64,000 nt of DNA from a virus (lineage: Duplodnaviria; Caudoviricetes), in IMG/VR virus record IMGVR_UViG_2671180244_000004, positions 69,202 to 133,201 of that record; one strand, given 5' to 3'. The notes under the pieces were generated by a model. It was not told the DNA's origin and ran no database searches. It saw only the letters and a list, made by a program, of their open reading frames with translations. Of this stretch, positions 52,885 through 64,000 are shown in pieces (positions within the stretch are counted from its first letter, which is position 1; the number at the start of each line of letters is the position of its first letter). The translations under genes were made by a program, and so were the position numbers.

Positions 52885-54648
52885 TTAATAGCCTCCTCTT
52901 AAGTCTGATGCGGCACCAATATGTGGTACATTTTTATGTAAGTCAGTCGGAACAAGCTGTATTGTTTTATTATCTAAATGATGAGGAGTTAACTTCACTT
53001 TTGCAAGCCATTGTTTCGCCTCATGTTGAGATTTAAACCCAAACTGTTTTTTTAATTTTTTATAAACCAAGCTAAAATCAGATTTTTCACCAGTCAATTT
53101 CCCCTCTTTAAAATGAAGTCGACCCTTTTCCCAAGGAGTAAAATTTGGGCGATTATCTATAAATTCTACTGGTTTTCCTCCAGTAACGGCCTTTACTTTT
53201 GGGTTATCTGAATACCATTTTCCGTTACCTGGCACACCTTCCCATCGTCCATTTGATCTCGGAAGACGAGTTCTTGGGTTTTTTATTCCTTCAGCCAGCA
53301 TTACTAAACGTTCTTTTAAAGAAGCTCCATCTACTACATTATAAGGAACATTTGAAATCCCTGCTAGTTGATGCTTTGGCGAATAAGGAAGCAAGTCGTA
53401 TATGGAAATGTTAGCAAAATGCTTAGTTTTATTCACACCGCTTATAACCGCTGTTTTCGTTGTTGATACGCCAGTTTTAGAAACAGACCCTAAACCTTTT
53501 GTTCCAAATATAGAAGTAGCAATGGTGCCTGTTGCATAGCTCACCCAATGCGCTCTCGAATAAGAGTCACCGTTTACCATATCTCTTTCATAGGAGTCTG
53601 AAATCGATTTTCCAATCGCTTTCGATGTTTCAATTGGATGAGAAATAGCTGTCACAACTGATTCTACAGCCCCACCAGGGTCAGCGACAAGATCATATAT
53701 TCCGATCACTGTTTCTTTTGCTACATCGTATATACCAACTGCTGCGCCTTTTACACCATCAATAAAGACACTTGATGCTTCTTCCTGTGCTTTGATTTGG
53801 AGCAGCTGGCTGTAATACATTTTTTGATCGTAAGAAAGATTTTCATATCCAATTTCATCTACAATCTCAAAGTATTTCGCTTCTGATATACACGAAGGAT
53901 CATTGAGCTTTTCTTTCAATTCTTTGATTCTTCGTTTCTCTTTTTCTTCTTTTTTCACTTTTAAATATGCTTTCACCTGTGCATCGATTTTATCATGATT
54001 CTTGTACACATCTGTCTCATGAAATGCCTTTGCATCATAATACATGGGCTGAGCGTTCTTACCTTGTCCTGTAGCAGCCATCATTTTTGAATAAAAAGTT
54101 TCAAGATGTTTTTCAATCGCTTCTGACTTTGCGTATTCTGTTTTTAGATCATGGTCTATTTTATGTAATGCCTCAATCGCATCTTTTCTTTCTTCGTTCG
54201 CATCATCTAAATGCTCATCTACCTCTTTGCTGGAAAACGTCTGCAATTCAATTAGATCACTGACATCGTCAAAAATAGCCGTAAGGGCTTCTTTTTGTTC
54301 CTTAACCATATCTTTATTGTTCTGAATGCCTTGCTTCAATTGAGCGTCTAAGAAGTGCTCATCAATAAATGTACTACCGCCTAATGATTCATCATCAAGC
54401 TTTCCTTTCACTCCATCTAAAAAAGCTTTTTGCATATCGATAAAATCAAGATAAGAATCCGTGTAAAGTGCAAGATCATTATAAAAAGCTTTGATATTAT
54501 CTGCACCTTTTCCAGTAAACTCATCACCTAAATTAGCCACGCCTTGCAATGCTTTTTTTAAGTCTGTTATTTCTTCCCTAAGCTGTTGATATACCTTCGA
54601 TCTCTTCTCTACAGCTGATATTAGGGAAGGAGCATCTAATATTTTCAT
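52885..54648 (-). CDS. LXG-domain T7SS toxin with pre-toxin domain and C-terminal HNH/EndoVII-type nuclease (YokI-like)
   Basis: FTGKGADNIKAFY LXG domain; LTPHH...QLVP..LH..VPH.G toxin domain. Confidence 0.9.
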   Translation of the reverse strand: MKILDAPSLISAVEKRSKVYQQLREEITDLKKALQGVANLGDEFTGKGADNIKAFYNDLALYTDSYLDFIDMQKAFLDGVKGKLDDESLGGSTFIDEHFLDAQLKQGIQNNKDMVKEQKEALTAIFDDVSDLIELQTFSSKEVDEHLDDANEERKDAIEALHKIDHDLKTEYAKSEAIEKHLETFYSKMMAATGQGKNAQPMYYDAKAFHETDVYKNHDKIDAQVKAYLKVKKEEKEKRRIKELKEKLNDPSCISEAKYFEIVDEIGYENLSYDQKMYYSQLLQIKAQEEASSVFIDGVKGAAVGIYDVAKETVIGIYDLVADPGGAVESVVTAISHPIETSKAIGKSISDSYERDMVNGDSYSRAHWVSYATGTIATSIFGTKGLGSVSKTGVSTTKTAVISGVNKTKHFANISIYDLLPYSPKHQLAGISNVPYNVVDGASLKERLVMLAEGIKNPRTRLPRSNGRWEGVPGNGKWYSDNPKVKAVTGGKPVEFIDNRPNFTPWEKGRLHFKEGKLTGEKSDFSLVYKKLKKQFGFKSQHEAKQWLAKVKLTPHHLDNKTIQLVPTDLHKNVPHIGAASDLRGGY

Positions 54649-54737
54649 ATAAAAAAGACTCCTTTTATGGAATATTCTTTTACTAGAATACCATAAGGAG
54701 CCTTATACTTTAATCCATTTTATCTAATTTTAACCAT

Positions 54738-54872
54738 TCAACCTCCAGAGCTTCCTCTTGATGCAACTGTTTGGATATCATCTTGTAGAGGTTGAATCAA
54801 ACCATTTGTAAAGAAAAGTGTACCTAGTGCAACTACAGCTATTGATAATGTTATAAAAATAGACTTTTTCAT
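54738..54872 (-). CDS. phr: Phr signalling pro-peptide (44 aa; predicted mature peptide near SRGSS)
   Basis: MKKSIFITLSIAVVALGTLFFTNG...VASRGSSGG; starts immediately after the rap stop; not in ORF track. Confidence 0.85.
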   Translation of the reverse strand: MKKSIFITLSIAVVALGTLFFTNGLIQPLQDDIQTVASRGSSGG

Positions 54873-55982
54873 TTAATTCACTCCTTTTCCCACATACTGG
54901 CTTGCACGTAAGGCTCTTTTATAGTAATCCAATGATTGTTGCAGCAAGCCTATTCTCTCTAAACATTTCGCCACATCAACTAAGATTTCCTCTAAATCAA
55001 CCCACACTCCTTTTTCTTCAAGTTCAGAGCACAGGGTGGTAATATTATTTATTTGAGACTCAGTAACATCATAAGCAAGCTCTTTTAATAATTTAAATTT
55101 AATCTGAAAGATTTCATGTCCAACTTGTTCAGATAAACTATACCCTTGGTCAATTAATTCTATTGCTTCTTTACTTTGAGTGGAAATTTCAACTCTAGAT
55201 AATTCGTACAAACATCTCAATTTCAATAAATCTTGGTTTTCAATTTCTCTGTAGCTCAAGGTACGTCTATATAGTTTAGCAGCATCTGAGTAATTGCCTT
55301 TTTTACTTTCCAAAAATCCCATATTGTAATACAGGTGTATGATTAAGTGATTATCGTCTATATTTTTAATCATTCCCTCTGCTTCATTAAAGAGGTCACT
55401 TGCATCATCATATTTAAATTGATCTATTAAGTTTAGTGCGTGAAGCAACCTACAGTTGATTTGTCTTTTTACATAAGTTTCATGTGCATTAAAAGTATCT
55501 GAAGCGATTTGAGCATGATATTTAGATAGGAAAGTCATTTTCATATCATAGAATAGAACAGCTAATTTATAATGAAATTCTGCTTTTTCTATTTCATCAT
55601 CAACATAAGCTAACTTCTTTTCAGCAATTCTAAAATAACTTAGTGCCTTATCATAATCTTGCAAATACTCATGATATATCCCATTATAAAAGTAAAAGTA
55701 ATATGACATGAGTTTATTTGTTTTTTCTTCTTTTTCATCTGGGGCGTTTCTCTCAAAGAACGGCTTGCCTAAATTTCTGCTAATATTCTGAAGTTTTAGT
55801 TTAAGTCTAAAGCTCAATAGTTGATAATACAAAAGAATGTCCTGATTTTCTTCCATCGATTCAATAGCACTGTCTATATCATCTTGCATTTCAATAGCTG
55901 CTGATAAATCCCCTTTTTGTATGGCAAGATTCCAAGTGTTCAACATGTTTCCTACCTCTTGAGAGGCAATTAACCTTGTCAT
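54873..55982 (-). CDS. rap: Rap family TPR regulator
   Basis: IASQEVGNMLNTW, MEENQDILLYYQLL, EIEKAEFHYKLA. Confidence 0.92.
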   Translation of the reverse strand: MTRLIASQEVGNMLNTWNLAIQKGDLSAAIEMQDDIDSAIESMEENQDILLYYQLLSFRLKLKLQNISRNLGKPFFERNAPDEKEEKTNKLMSYYFYFYNGIYHEYLQDYDKALSYFRIAEKKLAYVDDEIEKAEFHYKLAVLFYDMKMTFLSKYHAQIASDTFNAHETYVKRQINCRLLHALNLIDQFKYDDASDLFNEAEGMIKNIDDNHLIIHLYYNMGFLESKKGNYSDAAKLYRRTLSYREIENQDLLKLRCLYELSRVEISTQSKEAIELIDQGYSLSEQVGHEIFQIKFKLLKELAYDVTESQINNITTLCSELEEKGVWVDLEEILVDVAKCLERIGLLQQSLDYYKRALRASQYVGKGVN

Positions 55983-56196
55983 CCCGTTACCCCCTTGTAA
56001 ACAATTCCTTTGCATAATTTTAACATGATATTTACAACATATGTAAAGTTGTGTTGCTCATTTTAAAAGTTTTCGGTATACCGCAATCGAGGTGTTTTAC
56101 TTGGTTTGCTGTGCTTGAATAATCAATGAGACAACATTTTGAACAGATCATTTTAATTTAAACAAAAAAGGATGCTTTTTTCGCATCCTTCAACCT

Positions 56197-56619
56197 TTAG
56201 AAACTATCGATTTCAACTATTATTTCTCTTTCACCGAAATATGGAGAATACATTAAGTAATATCTATCTCTTACTTTAACATCAAAGTGCACTTTGTTTG
56301 TCTTTTTGTCAACCAATAAAGATTCATCATCTTTATTTGCGAAGTAATAAGGGTACTCTTTTCCTTCATCATCTTTCAACTTGAAATCTCCAGGTGTAAG
56401 GCTCAGTCTCTCTTCTTCTAATTCAAATGTAAGAACGTAGTCATTTTTAACATGCATAAACTCATTAGCCATGGTTTTGTATGCCCTGCTTACTCTAAAA
56501 GATTTTCCATCCACTTGAATTAACTCATTTAATTGGTGAACTTCAGGTTCTCCCTTGTTCAGTTTCATTCCCATTTCTATATTAATGCCGTATTTTTTAA
56601 ATTTAAAATTCTTTTCCAA
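56197..56619 (-). CDS. Hypothetical protein (DUF4352-like beta-sandwich)
   Basis: DFKLKDDEGKEY motif; GGGAGG RBS with TTG start. Confidence 0.5.
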   Translation of the reverse strand: MEKNFKFKKYGINIEMGMKLNKGEPEVHQLNELIQVDGKSFRVSRAYKTMANEFMHVKNDYVLTFELEEERLSLTPGDFKLKDDEGKEYPYYFANKDDESLLVDKKTNKVHFDVKVRDRYYLMYSPYFGEREIIVEIDSF

Positions 56620-56845
56620 CGAATTCCCTCCCTTATCCTTTGTAATAAGATGAATACAATATGACTAACTAAAGAATTTGTTTTGCTAACTTCAAGAATT
56701 ATAACAAAAAATCATTGTCGTTTGTTGAGATCTTGGATATTTAGATAAAAGATATGTTTTATGTAGAATGTATAGCCATATGCAGACACCCATTTAACCT
56801 CAATTCTAAATATGGCTATACATTTTAATTTAATCTAACCTATGT

Positions 56846-57211
56846 TCAGTTTATAAAGTGTTTGTGCTTTACTCCATGTTCCTCGAAAACTTTTCTGGTG
56901 TACGGTGGCGAAAATCCATAATCACGATAAATCTTTTTCAAGCTCATATCTTTGTTAAAATGCAGATCATATAACTTTTCAAAATGAATTGCTCGTTTTC
57001 TTTTCGATAACTCAGTGAACGAAAGCTTGTCCACCTTCTGAGATTTAAATAAATCTAAAATAACCCAATCAGGAATATTCAACTCCTCAGACATTTCCCT
57101 AACAGTTTTCCACTGTTTGAAATGCAGTTCCTTTATGGCCTCAAACTTATCCAAATGCAGTTCCCACGTATAGTTGTAAGCAACCTCATGTTTCGGTAAC
57201 GAGAGAAACAC
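56846..57211 (-). CDS. Tandem HTH-like protein next to the att junction (possibly 5'-truncated)
   Basis: Two LHF..(W/D).(T/S)(V/L)..(M/I) repeats; frame open back to the junction; no clear RBS. Confidence 0.55.
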   Translation of the reverse strand: MFLSLPKHEVAYNYTWELHLDKFEAIKELHFKQWKTVREMSEELNIPDWVILDLFKSQKVDKLSFTELSKRKRAIHFEKLYDLHFNKDMSLKKIYRDYGFSPPYTRKVFEEHGVKHKHFIN

Positions 57212-57225
57212 ATTAGCATAAAAAC

Positions 57226-57789
57226 CTAAACTGTGTTCTTTACTAGGGTATCAATCGCTTCTTTCCCAAAATCCTTTTCGCCTCCGCGGGCAAGAGAATA
57301 GGCTTCGTCGATGAACAAAATGCCGCCTAGTGATTTTTTAATTAAGTCTCTTGTTTTTTGAGCAGTATGACCGATGTACTCCCCGACTAGATCTCCGCGT
57401 TCCGCTTCAATTAAGTGACCCTTTGAAAGGACATTCATTTCAAAGAAAAGCTTCCCGACAAGTCTTGCAACCGTCGTTTTCCCTGTGCCTGGATTCCCTT
57501 TGAACATCATATGAAGCGCTTGTTTACCTACCTTTAACCCTTGTTCCTGCCTTTTTTGATTGACAAAGATCCAAGCATAAATCTCTTTTATGTTTCGTTT
57601 CATTTCATCCATACCGACTAGGCTGTTCATTTCACGCTCTATTTCCCGTAAGATGCTGTGTTTTGCCTCATTTTTCTGCAAGGCTTCTAGGTATTCTGCC
57701 TCTGAATCTGCATCAACCAATACTTGCTTTTGTCCGTTAAGTATAATATTGATTTGGCCGTTGTTTTTATATGTGACAGCTCGCTCCAA
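57226..57789 (-). pseudogene. spoVK: 5' part of spoVK (AAA+ ATPase) interrupted by the prophage
   Basis: LERAVTYKNNG..GNPGTGKTT..FIDEAY..EAIDTLVK then NTV* instead of the expected HMED... Confidence 0.93.
57230..57250. other. Prophage attachment junction (approximate)
   Basis: SpoVK similarity ends at the GTA AAG codons (57238-57243). Confidence 0.7.
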
Positions 57790-58109
57790 CGTATTCACCT
57801 CTCGCTCTTCTCTCTTTATTCTATTCGGGTGGAGCTGTAATCGTGACAATCGCCCGCTTAAGCCCAAGTTTGCTGTCAAAATGACCCGAGATACAGAATA
57901 TTGTAGGGATTTCTGCGGTTTCCCAGGAAATGATGTGCTATTTCCATTGTATTCATCCCATTTAGGCGGACAAACCAACAATTTGTTTTTTCTTAGAAAA
58001 ATGTAGCTTTCTCATCACAAATTGTGCAGAAAAGAGTCTCAATGATTTCCGCATTTTGTACAGGCAATTTTTCTATTTTCTCATAAAATAAAGACGAGGT
58101 GATGAATAG

Positions 58110-58868
58110 ATGGTGAAAATTTTTATTGATCCTGGCCATGGAGGAACAGATTCTGGAGCTGCTGTTAATGGACTTTTGGAGAAAAATATCACACTGCAAA
58201 TCGCGATTTTATTGAGAGATATGTTGATTAGTGATTATGATGACGTTTCCGTCCGCTTAAGTCGTTCAATTGATCAATCCGTTACTTTGGCCCAGCGTAC
58301 AAATGCGGCAAACAGCTGGGGAGCTGACTATTTCGTGTCTATTCATGTTAATGCAGGCGGGGGCACAGGTTTTGAAAGCTATGTGTATCCTGGCGTTTCA
58401 GCACCGACCACCACGTATCGCAATGCCCTTCATGATGAAATTGTTCGCTCGGTGGATTTTGCCAACCGTGGCAAGAAAACAGCGAACTTCCACGTTCTTC
58501 GAGAAACTTCAATGCCCGCTATTTTAACAGAGAATGGTTTCATTGATACGACAGCTGATGCAAATAAGCTCCGCAACGCAACCTTCCTTCAAGGCATCGC
58601 TCGCGCTCATGCCACTGGATTAGAGAAAGCCTTTCAGCTGAAAAAAAAAGCAAGTAATCTTTATAAAGTACAGGCTGGAGCTTTCAAGGTGAAAGCCAAT
58701 GCAGATGAATTAGCAGCCACGCTGAAATCAAAAGGCTTTGACGCCTTTGTTGTATTAGAGGGAGGTATGTTCCGAGTACAAGCCGGAGCTTTTCGTACAA
58801 AGCAAAATGCGGATGACCTCGTCGCAAGATTGAAACAGGCCGGTCACGACGCATTCGTTTTCCAATAA
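58110..58868 (+). CDS. cwlC: Sporulation N-acetylmuramoyl-L-alanine amidase
   Basis: IFIDPGHGG amidase_3 plus two SPOR repeats; synteny. Confidence 0.92.
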   Translation: MVKIFIDPGHGGTDSGAAVNGLLEKNITLQIAILLRDMLISDYDDVSVRLSRSIDQSVTLAQRTNAANSWGADYFVSIHVNAGGGTGFESYVYPGVSAPTTTYRNALHDEIVRSVDFANRGKKTANFHVLRETSMPAILTENGFIDTTADANKLRNATFLQGIARAHATGLEKAFQLKKKASNLYKVQAGAFKVKANADELAATLKSKGFDAFVVLEGGMFRVQAGAFRTKQNADDLVARLKQAGHDAFVFQ

Positions 58869-58934
58869 CTGAAGCTGTTATAACGAAATAAACCGGCTCA
58901 AGTCTGCTGCTGAGCCGGTTTATGATTGATTCCT

Positions 58935-59552
58935 TTATGCTAAAATGTTCACGACAAATTGAGACCACGTTTCAAGTCGATCGAAGTATTCAGGCTTTTT
59001 CAAATCGGATGCTTTCATCCATTTTCCTGATATTTGATCTGTTTCTTTCACTTCTACATGAGCATCTGGAGATAATTCAAGCGCTGATAACAGTCCAATG
59101 TGCACACGGCCGACACTGTTGTCATCATCATTAATTAAACCAAGGGTTTTCATCTCAAGTTTGTCTTCTTCTTGAATAGAAAGTTCCTCGTCTAGTTCAC
59201 GATCCGTATTTTCTTTTAGAATTTCAGCAAAGTTTTTGCCTTCGATGAAATTCATGTGACCACCAAAGCCAAGAGATAACTTATGATGCAATCGAGTCTC
59301 TCCCCCGCCTTGAAGCCTTTCATATACATACACTTCGTCCTCACGCTTAATCACGACATAAGGAATCGGCTGCTTGAAGTCAGGATTTTCTTCCGCATCG
59401 CCTCTTCGCATCTGCTTGAAGTGCTCTTCGATTTCTTTCATAATGGTGTTGATTGTTTTCTCTTCACTATTCACACCATTAAACGCAAGCGTTTCGTTTT
59501 GGAATACGCGTGTGCGCGGTGCAACTAGTATGATTTCATCCATTTTTCCCAT
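58935..59552 (-). CDS. ymaB: NUDIX-like protein YmaB
   Basis: MGKMDEIILVAPR, KQPIPY, GFGGH; synteny. Confidence 0.9.
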   Translation of the reverse strand: MGKMDEIILVAPRTRVFQNETLAFNGVNSEEKTINTIMKEIEEHFKQMRRGDAEENPDFKQPIPYVVIKREDEVYVYERLQGGGETRLHHKLSLGFGGHMNFIEGKNFAEILKENTDRELDEELSIQEEDKLEMKTLGLINDDDNSVGRVHIGLLSALELSPDAHVEVKETDQISGKWMKASDLKKPEYFDRLETWSQFVVNILA

Positions 59553-59636
59553 GTTCTTTAACCTCCAGTATGTAACGCATTGTATGAAATGGCAAAAAGC
59601 CAAAACGAGTGATGCGTTTTGACTTTTACGCCTTAC

Positions 59637-60617
59637 CTATGATTCATCTCCAAAGAAGAAGTCGTCATCTTTTAACGGCTCAACCGTCGCTTTTTTGTAG
59701 CCATTCCCTTTCATTGAGAAGAAGTCATGCGACTTTGTTTTTGTATTGAGTCCGTTCAATACAATTGGATTGATCTCTTCTTCTTCAAAGTAAGGGGCAA
59801 ATCCAAGGTTCATTAACGCTTTATTGGCATTGTAACGAATGAACTTTTTCACATCATGCGATAAATTGACTTGGTCATATATATCTTCCGTGTAATGAAG
59901 TTCATTTTCATAAAGCTCGTTCAAGAGGTCAATCGAGAAATCGTACAGCTCTTTTTGCACGTCAGGTGTTTGTTTGTTGTAAATTTCTTGTGCTAATAAT
60001 CCAACGTACACACCGTGAATCGCTTCATCACGCAAAATCAAGTTGATGATTTCACCGCTTTGCATGAGCTTTCCTTGTCCATAGAAATAAAGCGGGTAAT
60101 AAAAACCACTGTAAAATAGGAAGCTTTCTAAATAAACAGAAGCAACCATTGCTTTAAAGAGGGAAATCGGATCATCCTTTTGAATCGAACGGTATAAACT
60201 GACAATCATATCTGCTTTCTTTTGCAAGAATTTATTCTTCTTGACCCATTCAAACACTTCACTGATCGTTTCAGTTGGTGCGAGTGTCATGAAGATATTT
60301 GAGTATGATTTCGCATGTACCGCATTTTCCATCATCGCCATAAAGTTTAATACCGCTTTACGCTGATGGCCTTCTACATGTTCAGCCACAATCGGCATCC
60401 CTGTATTTCCTTGTTCTGTATCAAGTAAAGTCAATCCAGCAAGTACCTTCATGTACGTATCTCGCTCTTTTTCACCTAAATATTTCCATGTCAAGAGGTC
60501 CCCGTTTAAGGAAATCTCTTCAGGAAGCCAGAACTGCTTCACATTTTGGTTGTAAAACATTTGTGTAAAATCGTCTTCGTGTTTTGACCAGTTGGCTGCA
60601 TCATAAATTTTTGTCAC
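59637..60617 (-). CDS. nrdF: Ribonucleotide reductase class Ib beta subunit
   Basis: [22 protein letters not shown]. Confidence 0.97.
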   Translation of the reverse strand: MTKIYDAANWSKHEDDFTQMFYNQNVKQFWLPEEISLNGDLLTWKYLGEKERDTYMKVLAGLTLLDTEQGNTGMPIVAEHVEGHQRKAVLNFMAMMENAVHAKSYSNIFMTLAPTETISEVFEWVKKNKFLQKKADMIVSLYRSIQKDDPISLFKAMVASVYLESFLFYSGFYYPLYFYGQGKLMQSGEIINLILRDEAIHGVYVGLLAQEIYNKQTPDVQKELYDFSIDLLNELYENELHYTEDIYDQVNLSHDVKKFIRYNANKALMNLGFAPYFEEEEINPIVLNGLNTKTKSHDFFSMKGNGYKKATVEPLKDDDFFFGDES

Positions 60618-60634
60618 GTTAAACTCTCCTTTAA

Positions 60635-63101
<2,467 letters not shown>

Positions 63102-63133
63102 CTAGTTTTTAGTATTGTTGATCATTTCGTTAT

Positions 63134-63181
63134 TCACTATATATAGTATACTATGTTTTTTCAAAACACAATATATAGATG
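63134..63181. promoter_or_regulatory. Tandem NrdR boxes
   Basis: TCACTATATATAGTAT (63134) and ACACAATATATAGATG (63166), 32 bp apart, upstream of nrdI. Confidence 0.8.
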
Positions 63182-63354
63182 TTCGAAACGAAAAAAATCA
63201 ACCAACCCGGCCGAACATTCATAGCCGAACTCGTACGTTCAAATAAATAGAGCAGAACAGGATCTAAAAATAGACTGCTCTACTCTCTATTCAACTGAAA
63301 CCGAAATCTATCATAACACGAAAAAAAATCGCTTAGTAGACTAGACTTTTTGTT

Positions 63355-63567
63355 TTATTTTTTGTAGGCATCGCACTGTAAATCTTCTGATACTTCTGTA
63401 ATTTCCACTTCAACACCTAATTCTTTTAGCACCGCTTCAAGCGCAGAGACGATTGAAGCTTCTCTGACTAATTCTTTCCCATTTACAGAAACGCTTGTTC
63501 CATATTCAAAACAGGAGTCGTCTTCACAAGTTTGTTCCCAATGATTAATTTTAATTTTGTGTGTCAT
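63355..63567 (-). CDS. ymzA: YmzA-like protein
   Basis: Synteny; WEQTCEDDSCFEYGT. Confidence 0.75.
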   Translation of the reverse strand: MTHKIKINHWEQTCEDDSCFEYGTSVSVNGKELVREASIVSALEAVLKELGVEVEITEVSEDLQCDAYKK

Positions 63568-63646
63568 GAACTCATCCTTTTCTGTCTAGATGTCTGATGC
63601 ATGATTATAGTGTAGCGACTTCACATTCATTTGTAAATTTACGTGC

Positions 63647-63976
63647 TTACTCTTCCACAGAATCGTCATCATCATAATCTTCGTCCCACTCATCTATGTA
63701 TTTTGTTTTAATAAGGGTCAGTTCTCCCTCTTTTTCATCAAACCGGTACACATGTACTTCATCATCTTTCACAACAGCAAAGTGATTATTTTTTAGTGCA
63801 ACAGCTGATTGTAATAGGCCATCTATATGTCCATGATCATCTTGATTAGAATAGTTATGCCAGCTTTCCTGTCTCGATTCAATGTTTGAAATGGCGCATG
63901 ATCCAAATAAGACAACAATCCCAACTAGTAGAAGGATCACTCTAATCCTTCTTAATTCAAGCTCTGCATTTTCCAT
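63647..63976 (-). CDS. ymzC: YmzC-like protein
   Basis: ELRRIR..LFGSC..NHF; synteny. Confidence 0.75.
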   Translation of the reverse strand: MENAELELRRIRVILLLVGIVVLFGSCAISNIESRQESWHNYSNQDDHGHIDGLLQSAVALKNNHFAVVKDDEVHVYRFDEKEGELTLIKTKYIDEWDEDYDDDDSVEE

Positions 63977-64000
63977 ATCGCTTCCCTCACCTTTCTTCAT

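Larger units (their letters stand above)
1..57240. mobile_element. SPbeta-like prophage (late/structural half and accessory end), integrated in spoVK
   Basis: Gene order yonO-yonN-yonK/J-terminase-portal-capsid-tail-cwlP-lysis-uvrX-yolD-LXG toxin matches SPbeta; phage DNA ends at a truncated spoVK followed by host cwlC-ymaB-nrdFEI. Confidence 0.95.

Noticed and set aside
54873-55982. Arbitrium AimR receptor
   Set aside because: N-terminal Rap helical-bundle motifs, no HTH, and a Phr-type peptide indicate Rap.
56767-56824. 15-bp inverted repeat as a transposon or att end
   Set aside because: No target duplication or transposase; it most simply serves as a terminator or RNA hairpin for the upstream minus-strand gene.

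Overview
Positions 1 to about 57240 are the late (virion/lysis) half and right-hand accessory end of an SPbeta-like prophage in a Bacillus pumilus-group-like host. The order is yonO RNA polymerase, HU, head genes (terminase, portal, capsid), tail genes, lysis cassette, uvrX/yolD, an LXG toxin/immunity pair and a rap-phr pair. The prophage is integrated in and truncates the sporulation gene spoVK; host genes cwlC, ymaB, nrdF, nrdE, nrdI, ymzA and ymzC follow. Notable signals read from the sequence: (1) a 224-nt group I intron splitting the tape-measure gene cwlP; (2) a coupled RuvC-fold plus Ser/Thr kinase pair in the accessory hotspot, a candidate defence system; (3) an intergenic array of palindromes that mimic the palindrome inside the nearby BRO-N gene; (4) dispersed ATAAAA-N6-TTTTAT sites at module boundaries, one abutting the tyrosine recombinase gene; (5) a 1.3-kb hairpin-rich, mostly non-coding region; (6) an extra fibre module with three paralogues, one frameshifted in a T run. 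Gene names come from recalled sequence similarity and synteny, not from database searches.
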